Shown here piece after piece: positions 12,756 through 24,997 of a stretch of DNA of 64,000 bases. Below the pieces are notes generated by a model. It was not told the origin of the DNA. It ran no database searches and saw only the letters and a list, made by a program, of their open reading frames with translations. The stretch is from Amphiscolops sp. MND2022. Its lineage: Eukaryota. The stretch covers positions 79,424,001 through 79,488,000 of the forward strand of contig OZ076409.1 in NCBI GenBank assembly GCA_964187785.1, read 5' to 3'. The stretch's first letter is position 1; every line of letters starts with the position of its first letter. Position numbers and translations under genes: made by a program.

Positions 12756-14074
12756 CATGGCTGTCAGAAATATGCGGGACTTATTTCCGCATATTCCCGC
12801 ATTTTTTTAGTTTTTAATTATCCGCATATGCAACTGCATATTTCTGAGAAATTGGCGTGACCAGTTGTCACGCGTGATGGAAATTTGACAGCCAATCAAA
12901 TTGAGTGTTGCTTCTTTCGCACCTAAATAGGCAACTTTATATTTCTGAGAAATCGACGTGACCAGTTTTCACGCGTGATTAAAAGTTAACAATCAATTAA
13001 ATTGCGTGTTGCTTTGAAATTGCGTCTTCGCTTTCAAGTTCACTTGTTTCTATATGATTAAGACAATGTCTGAGAATGCTGATATTTCTCTTGTGACTTT
13101 TACTACAGACCAGTTAACCAAACAATTAGAAAATAATGCACATTCCGGTCATTACTCGAAAATCACTGCACTTCAAAGAGCCCAACAAGCACAGAATCGC
13201 ACAACATTTTATGCTGATGACAATATTTTGTTCTGCAAAACCTGTTCGTGCACTGTTGATCATAGCCGACAATCAAACCTAGAACAACATTGCAAGACTA
13301 AAAAACACATTCGTAACTGCGAATCTACTCAACCAGCAAAGAAGCAAAAAACCATTACCACAACTCTAAACATAAAGAACCCTGCTAGTTTGGAGAAAGT
13401 GAAAATGATTACTGATTATATCCGAGTTTTAGCGTCAACAAACACGCCTTTCCACACAAGAGCAGCAGAAGAAGCACAAATGAAGTTATTGAAATATTTT
13501 GGTTCGAGTGTTGGTGTTCATCCAAGTTTGCAGTTTTTAAAATGTTCCATTTTTCAACCCTCAATGTTGCTTCAATTTTACTGAGCCTAATTCAATTCCT
13601 GGTTTCGATGATGTTACTCCGGGAGAAATTTTTCTATACAAAGAGAAGGCCAAAATGTTCCAAATGCCCTTAGATTGTCCAACAAATATTGAAACACTTA
13701 CTGAAAAAATTTATGCAATCCATCAATTTTGGGTATCCAACAGGACAACACTGCCAAACCTATCAAAAATAGCACTTGATTATGCTTTTTTGCATTCAGC
13801 CTCAGCAGATGTTGAAAGAAGTTTCAAGAAGTTAACTTGTGTTTTCACCGAAGAAAGAAGAAGTTTTAACGAAGAAACTTTGTGTAAAATGCTTTTTCTG
13901 TTTATAAATCTAAATGTTGATGCCTGAAATTGAAGTTTCATCTGCGTTTTTCTCAAGAGTTGACTCAAGGTGTTAGCCGTTTAAGAAAACATAAATTTGC
14001 ATATTTTTCACGATTTTAATTAACGTAAAGTTGCATATTTTGTGGAAAAAAGCCGCATATTTCTGACAGCCATG
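12756..14074 (+). mobile_element. Internally deleted hAT transposon, CGGBP1-like
   Basis: Perfect 22-bp TIR CATGGCTGTCAGAAATATGCGG and exact 8-bp TSD ACACAAAG (12748-12755, 14075-14082); contains transposase remnants. Confidence 0.92.
13054..13927 (+). pseudogene. Deleted hAT transposase: N-terminal CGGBP1-like C2H2 zinc finger joined to the C-terminal hAT dimerisation region, catalytic core missing
   Basis: FYADDNILFCKTCSCTVDHSRQSNLEQHCKTKKH in 13054-13584; LPNLSKIA...SASADVERSFKKL...RRSF in 13655-13927; one frameshift near 13550 links the two. Confidence 0.8.
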
Positions 14075-14430
14075 ACACAAAGTGATCATGTCGGTAATCT
14101 AGTGTAATTTATTTTCAAATTTAATTACAATAGTGGAAAATGCAGTGTAATTGTACATGATTTACCAACCGAAGTTCACTGAATTTTCTAGGTTTTATAA
14201 AAAATTACCCTGCATGCATGCCTGCAGCATGTAAAAAGTTCCTGCAGCTTCAACTAGGGTAGGCAAATTTGAATCGCTGAGCGAAATTTGAACTAACTAC
14301 TCAATGAACTGAATGCGTTGATCACACTGATGTATGAGAAAATACTGTCAAAATTATATTAACTTCAAAAAATCCAATTTTTTCACTACACTTAGTGCGT
14401 TTTTCATCATGTTTGGCATCAAAATTGATT

Positions 14431-14474
14431 CCAATCCGGTGCTTTCGTTTCGGTGCGCCCGTTAGCTATAAATA
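14431..14474 (+). promoter_or_regulatory. Putative core promoter of the H1 gene (CCAAT box and TATA box)
   Basis: CCAAT at 14431-14435 and TATAAATA at 14467-14474, about 140 bp upstream of the ATG. Confidence 0.7.
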
Positions 14475-14608
14475 CGAAGCGCAGTTATATCTCTTCACTT
14501 CCGGCAGTGACAGCAGCAAGCTTAAAGTAACGCGAGATCAGCTTAACTTACGATAGCAACTAGCTCGAACGTACGTAAAGTAAATTGAGCAATAAATTGA
14601 ATTGAAGA

Positions 14609-15058
14609 ATGCCAGCCGCAGTTAAAAAACCAGCAGCCACTAGCGCCAAGAAAGAGTCCAAAAAAACCAACCACCCAACTTACCAACATATGATACAGGA
14701 AGCAGTCGCAACTTTGAATGAACGAAAAGGCGTGAGTCGTGAAGCCATCATAAAATACATCAGCAAAAAATACGACGTGGGCTCAAATGTCAACATGTTG
14801 GTTCGCAAAGCCATCGGCAAAATGAGCGACAAGAAAGAACTCGTCCGGACGAGCACTAAAACAACCGGGGCTATCGGCAAATTCAAGTTGCCCGGCAGCC
14901 AATCAGAACGCTCTGGTCAAAGAGGTCGCCCGAAGAAAATTGTCGATGACATCGCGGCGCAGTCGCCTGTGAAGAGGTCTCCATCGCCCAAGAAAGTGTC
15001 TCCTAAAAAGGCCCCCCTATCGCCGAAGAAGCCAGTCGCAAAGAAGGCCAAAAAATGA
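14609..15058 (+). CDS. H1: Linker histone H1/H5 family protein, 149 aa, intronless
   Basis: Globular domain HPTYQHMIQEAVATLNERKGVSREAIIKYI...GAIGKFKL; Lys/Ala/Pro-rich termini; SPKK repeats; intact ORF. Confidence 0.93.
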   Translation: MPAAVKKPAATSAKKESKKTNHPTYQHMIQEAVATLNERKGVSREAIIKYISKKYDVGSNVNMLVRKAIGKMSDKKELVRTSTKTTGAIGKFKLPGSQSERSGQRGRPKKIVDDIAAQSPVKRSPSPKKVSPKKAPLSPKKPVAKKAKK

Positions 15059-15282
15059 AACTTGGACTAATTTGATTGATGAATTTTTGATGCTACTTTT
15101 GTATCGAATATGAATTTTTGATGCTGCTTTCGTATCGAATAATTTGTGGTATTTGATAGCTAGCATTTTATTTGATTTGAGTTTGCTCCTTGATGCAATG
15201 ACTGCACTTATGAGCTTTGAATTGATTTTGAATTTATCATCTGAGAGATTTTTGTTTTGAAATTTTGACGATGTTCCCAGGA

Positions 15283-15420
15283 TTGTCAGTTTCACAATTT
15301 ATCCAGTTACCAGTGAAATAGAATTTGAAAACAATTGTTACAATTGCTTTATTAAGCAATTGTAACAATTGTTTTCAAATTCTATTTCACTGGTAATTGG
15401 ATAAATTGTGAAACTGACAA
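15283..15420. repeat. Near-perfect 138-bp palindrome (67-bp arms, 4-nt loop)
   Basis: TTGTCAGTTTCACAATTT...AAATTGTGAAACTGACAA with one mismatch seen. Confidence 0.95.
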
Positions 15421-17547
15421 GCTTAAGCCACTAAACTAGCAGGCAAACCAGTGGACATTAAGGTTAACGATTTTGTTGGAAGCACCAATTGAGCAAACCA
15501 GCCGAAAAAATTGACCTGAAGTAAACGCCAATTTAGAAGCGAATAACGTATAAATTACGGAATGTATTGAGCAGACTACGATAAAACTAGCAAATTGAAA
15601 CATTTTTTGCGTTACTCATCAAAAATGAAACCGGTGCCTTCGACGGAGGAGTCTTGTCCGGAGTATCATACGTCCGAAAAAAATTGCTTCATTTGTCCAA
15701 AAATTCAAATGTAAAAATTTGAAAGTCACACAATTCTAATTGCACACGCTCCTTAACCTCAAGCACCCTAAATGCAGGAGTGACGTGCCAGCAGGGATGT
15801 AAAATACTGTATTGAAATATTTTTCAAATAAAAACTTTGTTGCTGGCTAAACATTAAATGTCTTGTCCAATTTTGTATGAGGAAAAAATATTTTGTTCGA
15901 ACTAAGATTTCGTTTTTACATGTCTTGGACTGTATTTATAGTCAATGATTTTACTAAACTTCTTGAATCGATTTTTCTAAACTAGTAACAATTCGAAGAC
16001 TTCATAACAGTTGACCAAGAAATTGAATTGAATTTCGTGTGTGCGATCATAATACATTTGTGTTAATACTTGCCAGTTTCAAAAGTTAAAATGTTTTAAA
16101 ATATCAAATATTGGCCCAAAACAAATGGTTTGGTATCATTTCACCCCAAACTCATTTCACCCCACATTTAAATTATCAAATGCGTCTCAGAATTAATGAA
16201 TATTGCCATACAATTTCCATCTTAGCGGTAATAGAAAAGCGTCTTGAATCTAATTACCAATTAGAGACGCAAACGATGCTTGCTATTTGAACCACAAAAT
16301 CGGAACCGAAAAGTTTCACTTATCGGAATTGTACTACTTCTGAACAAGGCGCTGAAAAAATTTTCTGTCAATCAAAATCTACTATTATGGATGCTGTGAA
16401 TCTTCAGCGAAAAATTTCCTATTCCGTTTTCCTACGGCTGAAAACTTCCTACAGGACAGAAATTGACAAATCAAATCAAAGATAACTCAAAGACAGTAGG
16501 CATCAAAGTTTAATTTATGGAGGCATTTATTGTCAATATATTCAAATACAATACATTATTTTACATCCCTGCGTGCCAGCAACTGGTTTTGAAGGCCGAC
16601 CTCAAAAGGGCGCGCAGCGTCCTGGAAAGAGGAAGGCCGAGTAATACAACCATTGTTTTGACTGGCCTTGCTGCGCAGAGTCGAATTATGTATGTTGGAT
16701 CGAAAAATCATCAAAATTATCTCGGATCGAATTCTGACTTGATTTTGTTTAGGATCGAAAGAGGTTTAAATTTTCATTAATATTTCATCATACCTCTAGT
16801 CTCTAAATACAGTAGAGAAGCGATGTGCCCTTACTTGACCGGTAGGTTTTGACGAAGGGCTATCTGGAGGGGCACAAAGGGTACAATAATAAATTTAGGA
16901 GTGGGTACTAAAATACTTGAAGACGATATTCGCGCCTGTAAATTCGAGTCTCTCTAATAGCACGAACATAATTTTTCTATAATATATAACACTATATAGA
17001 GAATAGATTGATTTTGTACGTTTTGCGTTTATACGTTATCACATAGACGATACTCCCCCTGCAGAGAGGTATTTGCATCGATTGCCTAGCCATGAAAAAG
17101 ATCTAACCTTAGGCCTTCTTTTGGGCTCAGCAAAAAAGGCTAACATCTTGATTCAGGAGGGGTCTTCACTCCCATTATCATTTCACTGATTGCCAATAAT
17201 GAAGTGCACTAAAGTTCGTCAACGAGCCCTAGTCCTAGCATAAAAATCATCATAATTGAAACTTGGTTTTGGAAGATAATTTCTAAAAATTAGCCAAAAA
17301 CGAGTTATCATGTGAATATAGCGACTTCATTGTCGACTCTGTGTTTCGTGGAGAAAGAATTTTTTTATTGAGAATATTGCTTTCTCTTGGAAACACGTCA
17401 ATTGATGTCCTAAAAACGCAGCAAAAACAAGGGACGCAAAGGAACCGATATTTTCCGTGTCCTTTTACACGACGCCCCGAGAAACAACCAACCGGGGAAC
17501 GGCCCGAGTCCCCCCTCCAGATTAAAAAATAAAGACTTTTAGATATG

Positions 17548-17759
17548 TATTCTGGAAATTGATTTGATTTTCTTGAATTTGATGCATGAGTTATTGTTTT
17601 TCGCATTCAAATTTCATTGCCAATTTTGTTCATGATTTGATTCAATCTTATTTGGAAACTAGCAAATTAATGGAATCAAAAGAACAGCATCTTTTCTTTC
17701 ACAAATCCCGGTGAGGCAATTCCAATTTATTTGATAGTTTTAAGTTTGAGTCTCTCACA
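17548..17759 (+). repeat. 5' LTR of BEL/Pao element
   Basis: TATTCTGG...TCACA, highly similar to 24223-24441. Confidence 0.93.
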
Positions 17760-17769
17760 TTAAATTCTG

Positions 17770-18489
17770 GTGACCCCTACGTTTTTTTATTCCTCCTCGA
17801 ATTTGGACGATAACTTTTATTCGAAAAACACAAAATTGAAAAAATGTTCATTGTTTTTTCCGTTGATGTTCATCGTAGCTGCCAGTTCATTACATCATGC
17901 AATTCAAACTCTCCCAAAAAACAGTCGCAAACGCTTGAATACATACGTGTTAGCTATACCTGGTGCCACCCTTCAAACTTTTGTGCGCAACAGGAACAAA
18001 TCCTTGAGTTTCCTTTTGCAATACCCCCTGAGAAAAACTGAAAACATAATTCTCTGGCACGACATCATTAACAATACCATTTCACAGCACAAGAGCAATT
18101 TTTACAAGCCTTGCTCACCTCAAGAACTCATTGGAAGTGTTTTGAAAATAAAACATTGGTTATCTGCTATTATTTTTTGTCAAAGAATTGGTGCCCCAAA
18201 CGATCTCAAACAAGTACGGTCAACTGGAGTACTTGTAATAGACTTAGTTAATGATCTTCTACCTGCTCGACAAGTTCGAAAGCAGTTTTTCCTCGAAGAA
18301 TTTCGACAGCTACACCAAAAAGCCATTTTGGAATTGAGAACATTAACCATTATCAGACGCTGTCAACACCAGTTACACCAATTTACCAAAAAGAAAACAC
18401 GGCTTTCCAAACGCCGTCGAGCAGCTAAAAGGACCAAACAGTCCTCAGCTGTGATATGCCCTGCCTACACAAGAATACTGAAGATCTGA
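17770..18489 (+). CDS. Extra ORF upstream of gag, putative SGNH/GDSL-fold protein with basic C-terminus (first in-frame ATG at ~17866)
   Basis: Uninterrupted 239-codon ORF; IVAASSL, IPGATL, IILWHDIINN and QLH occur in SGNH block order; tail KKKTRLSKRRRAAKR. The fold call is inference. Confidence 0.55.
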   Translation: MTPTFFYSSSNLDDNFYSKNTKLKKCSLFFPLMFIVAASSLHHAIQTLPKNSRKRLNTYVLAIPGATLQTFVRNRNKSLSFLLQYPLRKTENIILWHDIINNTISQHKSNFYKPCSPQELIGSVLKIKHWLSAIIFCQRIGAPNDLKQVRSTGVLVIDLVNDLLPARQVRKQFFLEEFRQLHQKAILELRTLTIIRRCQHQLHQFTKKKTRLSKRRRAAKRTKQSSAVICPAYTRILKI

Positions 18490-18612
18490 CTGTTTTTTTT
18501 AAATTGTTTATCAAGTTTAATATTTCAGAGACGCAGATTGATTTGATGTGACCTGGGTAGCCAAGGTTATTGATAATTTTTCTGCTTCTCATGATTTATT
18601 AGCTTGTACACA

Positions 18613-21600
18613 ATGCCTAACAAACAAAAAACAGATTCAGCCGCAGTTGTGAAATCGAAATTGCGAATTTTCAAACAACGCGTTCAACCAACACTTTCCA
18701 CACTCAATAGAGCAGTAACTGACAATGACTTGACTCTGGCAGCCCAATTGCAGCAAAACCTTGATGATCAACTAACGCAATTGGAAGAACAAACTTTTGC
18801 TGCGATTGACTTAGCAGAATCGACAGACGAGCAGGACCCGCTGACTGATGATCTGCTCCAAGTGACTTTGGAAGCTGACTCTCTCAAATTGCATGTTTGG
18901 AGCTATCTACCAAACGCACAAACCCATTCACAGTTGACCATCCGCATGAGGGAGGTGCCATAACTACTGCATTACCTGCAGAATCAGTTGATGGCAATGG
19001 AATTACACAATCGAACTCACAAGCAATAAACGGCCAAGATACAAATCTAGGCGTTGACACCGCCCTTGACTCATCAGGACGCCAAGCGGATCAAATTACG
19101 GAACCAATCCACTATTCTCAACTTGCCTCGACACAAGCAACGGTTGCAGGTTGCACTGAGTTAAGGGGATCCAATGGTGACAACACACCTTCCACATCAT
19201 CGGCAAACGCACCACCGTTCCCACCAATGGTACAACAGCCATACATTTTTTAACCCTTTCTTACAGTCGCTACCACAACTTCAACTTGATCCGTTTGATG
19301 GTAACCCACTCAAGTGGAGTGATTGGAATAGTAGGTTCCAATTCATGATCGGCAACACTCAAATGACAAAAGATCAGAAGATCGCGTACCTTCAGGGCCT
19401 GACCAAAGGCCGCGCAAAGGAAACAATTGAGGCGTTTTAGTGCAATGGTGATCTTTTCCATCGAGCAACCGAGGAGCTCCGTTTGCGATTCGGACAACCC
19501 ACACTAATCGTAAATAGCTTCATTGAAAAGCTTATTTCATATGCCCCACCCCTACCTTCCCGACCGGAAACATTTTCAAGTTTTTCATCTGTCCTAAATG
19601 CAATGATTCACACATTCAAAGAACATAAGCTTTTTGCCGACGTTGACTCTACAGCAAATTTGAAACACGCAACCGACAAATTGCCTCATAGCGATGCTAT
19701 CAAATGGCATCAATTCTCATCAATAGAAAAATTGACCACCCGACACTTGAAACATTCAACAGCTGGTTGAAACCTATTGCCCAAGCGATGGAACGGGTAC
19801 CTCACGTGAGCACCATGCCTCATCAAGGAAATGTCATGGCGAATTTTAGTGAAACACGTTGCGCTCCGCAAGTTTCAACAATCAGATCCAGTGACACTTC
19901 CAGCTATGGAAATTTTCACTCTCAATGGAAATCTCAAAGCACTCAGCGTTGCGCAAACCCTCAGAAAAATGTTACCACAAACTCACAATTTCCTTCTCGC
20001 AATTCCTCGAGTTTTTGTCCCTTGAACGATGGAAAACATCCTCTGTTCCAGTGCACACTTTTTAAAAACAAATCACCGCGAGAACATTACATCGTTGTAC
20101 AAAAGTTAAACTATTGTTTCAACTGCTTGAGTCCCAACCACAAAGTAACGCAATGTCCTTCGCAACACTCGTGCAAGTTTCCCAATTGCAATGAACGGCA
20201 TAATACTTTACTTCATGGCAGTCTACCATCAATTCCATCAGCACAACGTTCAATTAATGTATCGGTTGACTCCGCTACTACAACCGAACAGGTCCTTGCA
20301 ACACAAGGGGAGCACAATACAACTGTTCTACGTCAAATTTTACCAATTACGATCCACAATAACGATCGCCATGTGACCACGTACGCGGTTTTAGATCATG
20401 GTAGTACTTGCAGCATTTTATCAAAAGACATGGCTCTGGCCCTAAAATTTCGACTTCGTAACCCGAAAGAAATGACTTTGCGTGGAATTAATACTGCTTG
20501 TTTTCAGTACGTGCACGAGGCAGATTTGGAAATAGCAGATTCCTCCAGCTCAGTGAATTATCCTTGGAAAAAAGTTCTCGTGATGGGGAACCCTCAGAGT
20601 CCACAACTAAACGTAAATCGTTCTCACGTTTCTGCTTCTTACAAACACCTGAATGGCATCAATTTTCCAAATCTCAAAACATGCGAAGTCACGGCCCTTC
20701 TCGGATTAGATGTGTTTGATCTGATAGTGGGTAGAAACATCTTATCTGGCCCTGTAAACACGCCTACGGGAGTTCAATGTTTATTGAGCTGGTTTCTCAC
20801 GGGGCCTTGTATGTCTACCAGTGAAACATCCCACCAAAACAAAATAGTTGACACTTACTTTTGTGACGATTGTTTCAGTAGGGAGTCTGCTTTCCTCGAT
20901 AAAGTTTCCGATTGGTGGCAAGTGGAATCGCAAGGAACCCTGAGGGAGAAGGACATAGATACCATTGGCAATCAGAAGGCTCTGAAGATTTTAGAGTCCA
21001 CCTGCAATAAAACTCCTTCGAGTCATTACGAAACGGGTTTACTTTGGATAAATGACCAATGTTTACCAAATAATCGTCGCCTCGCAGAACTTCATCTCGA
21101 AGGCCTACAACGAAAATTGGCAAAAGATGATGGATTACTCGATCGATATGACGCTGAGATTCAAAAGGATTTAAAAGGCGGTTATATCCGTAAACTTAGC
21201 GCACTTGAAGACCTAGATACGAAGTGGTATCTACCTCATTACGGTATTACCAATCCCAACAAACCAGGCAAACTTCGTCGCATAACAAATGCTGCTTCCT
21301 GCTATGCAGGCATTTATCTAAATGACAAACTGCTCGTCGGTCCCGATCTGCCGGGAAATATCTTGGCAATTCAACTTTGATTTCGTGAACGACGTGTGCA
21401 CTTCAATCAGACATTGAAGCCATATTCATGCAGGTGAAAGTCAGAACGGAGGATCGAAAAGTCCTGCAATTTCCATGGAATAAAGAAATTTCTTCTGTCC
21501 CAGACTTTTTCGAATACGAGCGACATATCTTCGGGGCCCGTGACTCTCCAACATGCGCAAACTATGCCGTCCGCAAGTGTGCCGAAGACCAGCAGAAAAA

Positions 21601-24133
21601 ATATCCCGACGCCATCAAACAAGTACAGGCGAACTTCTATATGGATGATTACGTTGCATCGTTCGACACTATAGATGAAGCTGCATCGGTACAACATCAA
21701 CTACAAAACGCCCTTCTGAAAGGAAATTTCAAATTAGACAAGTGGTGCAGCAACTCGCGATCCCTCTGTGAGAGCATGGATCCTGCCCTACTCAGCAAAC
21801 CTGTGGAGGAACTGTTCGCTGCTGATAATTTGCAGCGTGTGCTTGGCGTTCAATGGAACGTGTACGAAGATACAATTTGTTTCACACCTCCTGAAAAGGC
21901 CTTGAAGCTGCCCTCCAAGTTAACACAACGTAGTCTGTTAAGCCTCACCTCACAGTTGTATGACCCTTTAGGTCTTATCGCGCCTTTCCTCATCCGTATC
22001 ACAATTTTGCTTCAAAAAAATTGGCAAACTGGTCAGAACTGGGATCAACTCATAATCGATACTATTTTCCATTGTGAGATCAAACGTTGGATCCAAGAAC
22101 TGGAGTCTCTGCAAAATGTTAGCATCCCAAGACAGCATCCATTCTCTCCAAGCGACAGGGTCGAACTGCATATCTTCTGCGATGCATCTATGTCTGCCAT
22201 GGCAGTTGTTGCTTTCTACGTCTTTCTGTCAGACGAGCACAGCTCGCGAAGTAGCTTCATAATTGGTAAAGCAAGAGTAAGTCTATTGAAACAACAGACT
22301 ATTCCTCGACTGGAGCTGCAAGCAGCAGTTTACGCCATACGAATGCGTCGTACAATATGCAACGAGACTACCTTCAATATTGTCGATGTCCATCACTGGT
22401 GTGACAGTAGTTCTGTTTTACATTGGATCACTAACACGCACGAACGTCACAAAATATTCATTGCTAACCGGTTGAGTGAAAATTTAGATCATAGCAAGCG
22501 ATCAGAATGGCGATATGTTCCGTCAAAGTTAAACCCTGCTGATAACGCTACACGTGGATTGCCGGCCAGCGAAACACATAGCAATAGTGACTGGTTGAGA
22601 GGTCCATCTTTTTCAACCAATAAGGACCAATGGCCTGTGATGCCGTTCTCATATTCATCCAAAGACAATATTTGGACCGAAGCACAATCCTTTTCCGTCA
22701 CAACGGTGACAAATCATACTAAGTTCATTAATTACTCACGATTTTCGAAGTGGAATCGCCTAGTGAATGTTGTTATAGCATGTCTGAAATTCACGAACAA
22801 ATTGAGAAGGATCCGTTTTACTCACACTGAAGCTTAACTGAAAGCAACATCTTTACTATTCAAAATCTCACAGGGAGAAAGTTTTGCAAACGAAATTATA
22901 AGTTTAGGTCGCAATCAACCAATATCCCCGAAAAGCAGAATATTCAATTTCTCACCCTTCCTATCTTCAGAAAGAATGCTCCTGTCAGCGAGTCGAATCC
23001 AACATGCACCAGTTGCTTTTGCAACTGCTAATCCTATCATCTTAGATGCTGCGCATGAAATTGTCCGTCTGTTTCTGGAACATCAGCATGCTTCAAAAGG
23101 ACATGTTGGAGCCGAACATTTGCGCAATGATTTACTGCAGGAGGTTTGGATTTTGAAACTCCGCACCACGTTGAAATCAATCGTTCATCGATGTTTTGTG
23201 TGTCGACGACAGCGTCAATTGCACTCTCAACCAAGGATGGGCAACCTTCCCACATATCGGTTTTCTTTACGTCCTGCAGTTTTCAAAAACGTCGGATTGG
23301 ATAATTTTGGCCCCTTTGGGCTATCGATAACCAAAAGCAAGGTTGAACAATTCTTTTGTAACTTGGTAACTCGACCCGTTCATATTGAACTTTGCGAGAG
23401 AACAACCAGCACTTTCACGCTTTTAGCAATCAAACGTTTCATCTCTCGTAGAGGACTACCTGAATTTTTCGTATCAGATAATGCCAGCAACTTTCAACGA
23501 TGTGCAGCGCTGTTAGACAAAAATGTGAAACCAACTAATGAAGAGGAACAAGCACTTGAGCGTATGCCGTCTCTAAAGTGGAAATTCAATCCTTCCGGAG
23601 CACCTCATCATGGTGGAAGTTGGGAGAGACTGATCGGACTTGCGAAACGAATCTTCTTCAACATTGCGAATTCGCAGTAAATGTCAAGAGAATTATTCAC
23701 ATCTTTAATGTGCGAAATCGAGCAGCTACTCAACAGCCGCCCTTTAACACCAGTCAGCCTAAATGTACATGATGTTGAGAGCCTAACACCGAACCATTTT
23801 CTCCGGCCTGCTCATCAAGTTTGTGAAACTCAAGATCTAATAACTTTGCACCGAAAGAAACAATCCCTTCTAGATCAATTCTGGAAGCGTCCCATGAAGG
23901 AGTATATACCAACTCTGCGTCCGAGACGGAAATGGCAAAATTCTGTGGACGTGTTGAAAGAAGGCGATCTTGTGTGGATATTAGAACACAACACACCACG
24001 AGGAATGTGGCCTATTGGTCTAATAACCAAAGCATTACCGAGCAATGATGGAGTCAACCGTTCTTTTGAGCTGCGATGTCAAAAGGGAAAATTTATCAAG
24101 TCCGCCATAAAACTAGCTCCCATCTTGCCCTGA
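18613..24133 (+). pseudogene. BEL/Pao gag-pol polyprotein with frameshifts and stops
   Basis: DUF1759-like FDGNPLKWSDW...KIAYLQGLTKGRAK; three Cys/His knuckles (e.g. CFNCLSPNHKVTQC); protease AVLDHGST; RT FYMDDY; RNase H LHIFCDAS and TIPRLELQAA; integrase SDNASNF and PHHGGSWERLI; DUF5641-like PRGMWPIG. Confidence 0.93.
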
Positions 24134-24222
24134 CCAATGAACGGAACTCATGCCGAAGATCTAAATATTCTGAGACGATACTACTTCCGACTCAGTTTTG
24201 CTCTGCAAAACGGCGGGGACGA

Positions 24223-24441
24223 TATTCTGGAAATTGATTTGATTGACTTTCTTGAATTTGATGCACGAGTCATTGTTTTTCGCATTCAAATTTCATTGTC
24301 AATTTTGTTCATGATTTGATTCAATCTTATTTGGAAACTAGCAAATTAATGGAATCAAAAGAACATTACCTTTTCTTCCACAAATCCCGGTGAGGCAATT
24401 CCAATTTATTATTTGAAAGTTTTAAGTTTGAGTCTATCACA
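24223..24441 (+). repeat. 3' LTR of BEL/Pao element
   Basis: Matches the 5' LTR and is followed by the TSD ATATG. Confidence 0.93.
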
Positions 24442-24997
24442 ATATGCAAAAGGACACTATTGTGAAAAGTTTATGAAATTGACAGTGCCGAAAAACACCC
24501 GAAGGGATAAGCATGAAGGGAGTCAAAAGCATGAAGTAGTGACCTGGCTCCAATAATTTGGATTCTTCGGTATTCAAAACAAAACATATATACAACACAG
24601 ATGCTCCAAGTTCTCTCGTTGGTGAAACACTTTGATTCTGCTCTTAGTTATGAGACTTGCTCGAGGTTCACTCATAGCTTTTGTTTGGGACTGGACAAGT
24701 ATGTCGCTACGACGATTGGGAAACTACGTTGGGGAGAGTAGAATGGTGTCGATCTTTATCCCTTAGGAGGCATTTTGATCTACCCTATCAAAGCTCTGGA
24801 AACTACTCAGTAAACAGATTTTCTTGCACATACATCTGGCCGAATTTGAATTGGTTCTCCTAGGCTCTGTGTGTTACTGATACTGTTATATCTGCAACAG
24901 GGACCAGCAACCCCAAATGGACATCTCACATAAAACTGGAAATCTATATAAAACAAGGACCACTTTGAAGACCCTAGTTATCCACTTATCTACGTAG

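Larger units (their letters stand above)
10715..14259. mobile_element. Non-autonomous DNA element with ~550-bp imperfect terminal inverted repeats (foldback-like)
   Basis: 10715-11275 is the approximate reverse complement of 12385-12755 joined to 14083-14259; the right arm is split by the hAT insertion. No coding capacity seen in the spacer. Confidence 0.8.
17548..24441 (+). mobile_element. Full-length BEL/Pao LTR retrotransposon (6.9 kb), coding region decayed
   Basis: LTRs at 17548-17759 and 24223-24441; TSD ATATG on both sides; PBS-like TGGTGACCC at ~17768; purine-rich tract before the 3' LTR; Pao-type gag-pol domains. Confidence 0.95.

Noticed and set aside
15480..17540. Possible additional gene between H1 and the BEL element
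   Set aside because: No coherent ORF or exon chain; the 3' part resembles a fragment of the DINE-like repeat into which the BEL element inserted.
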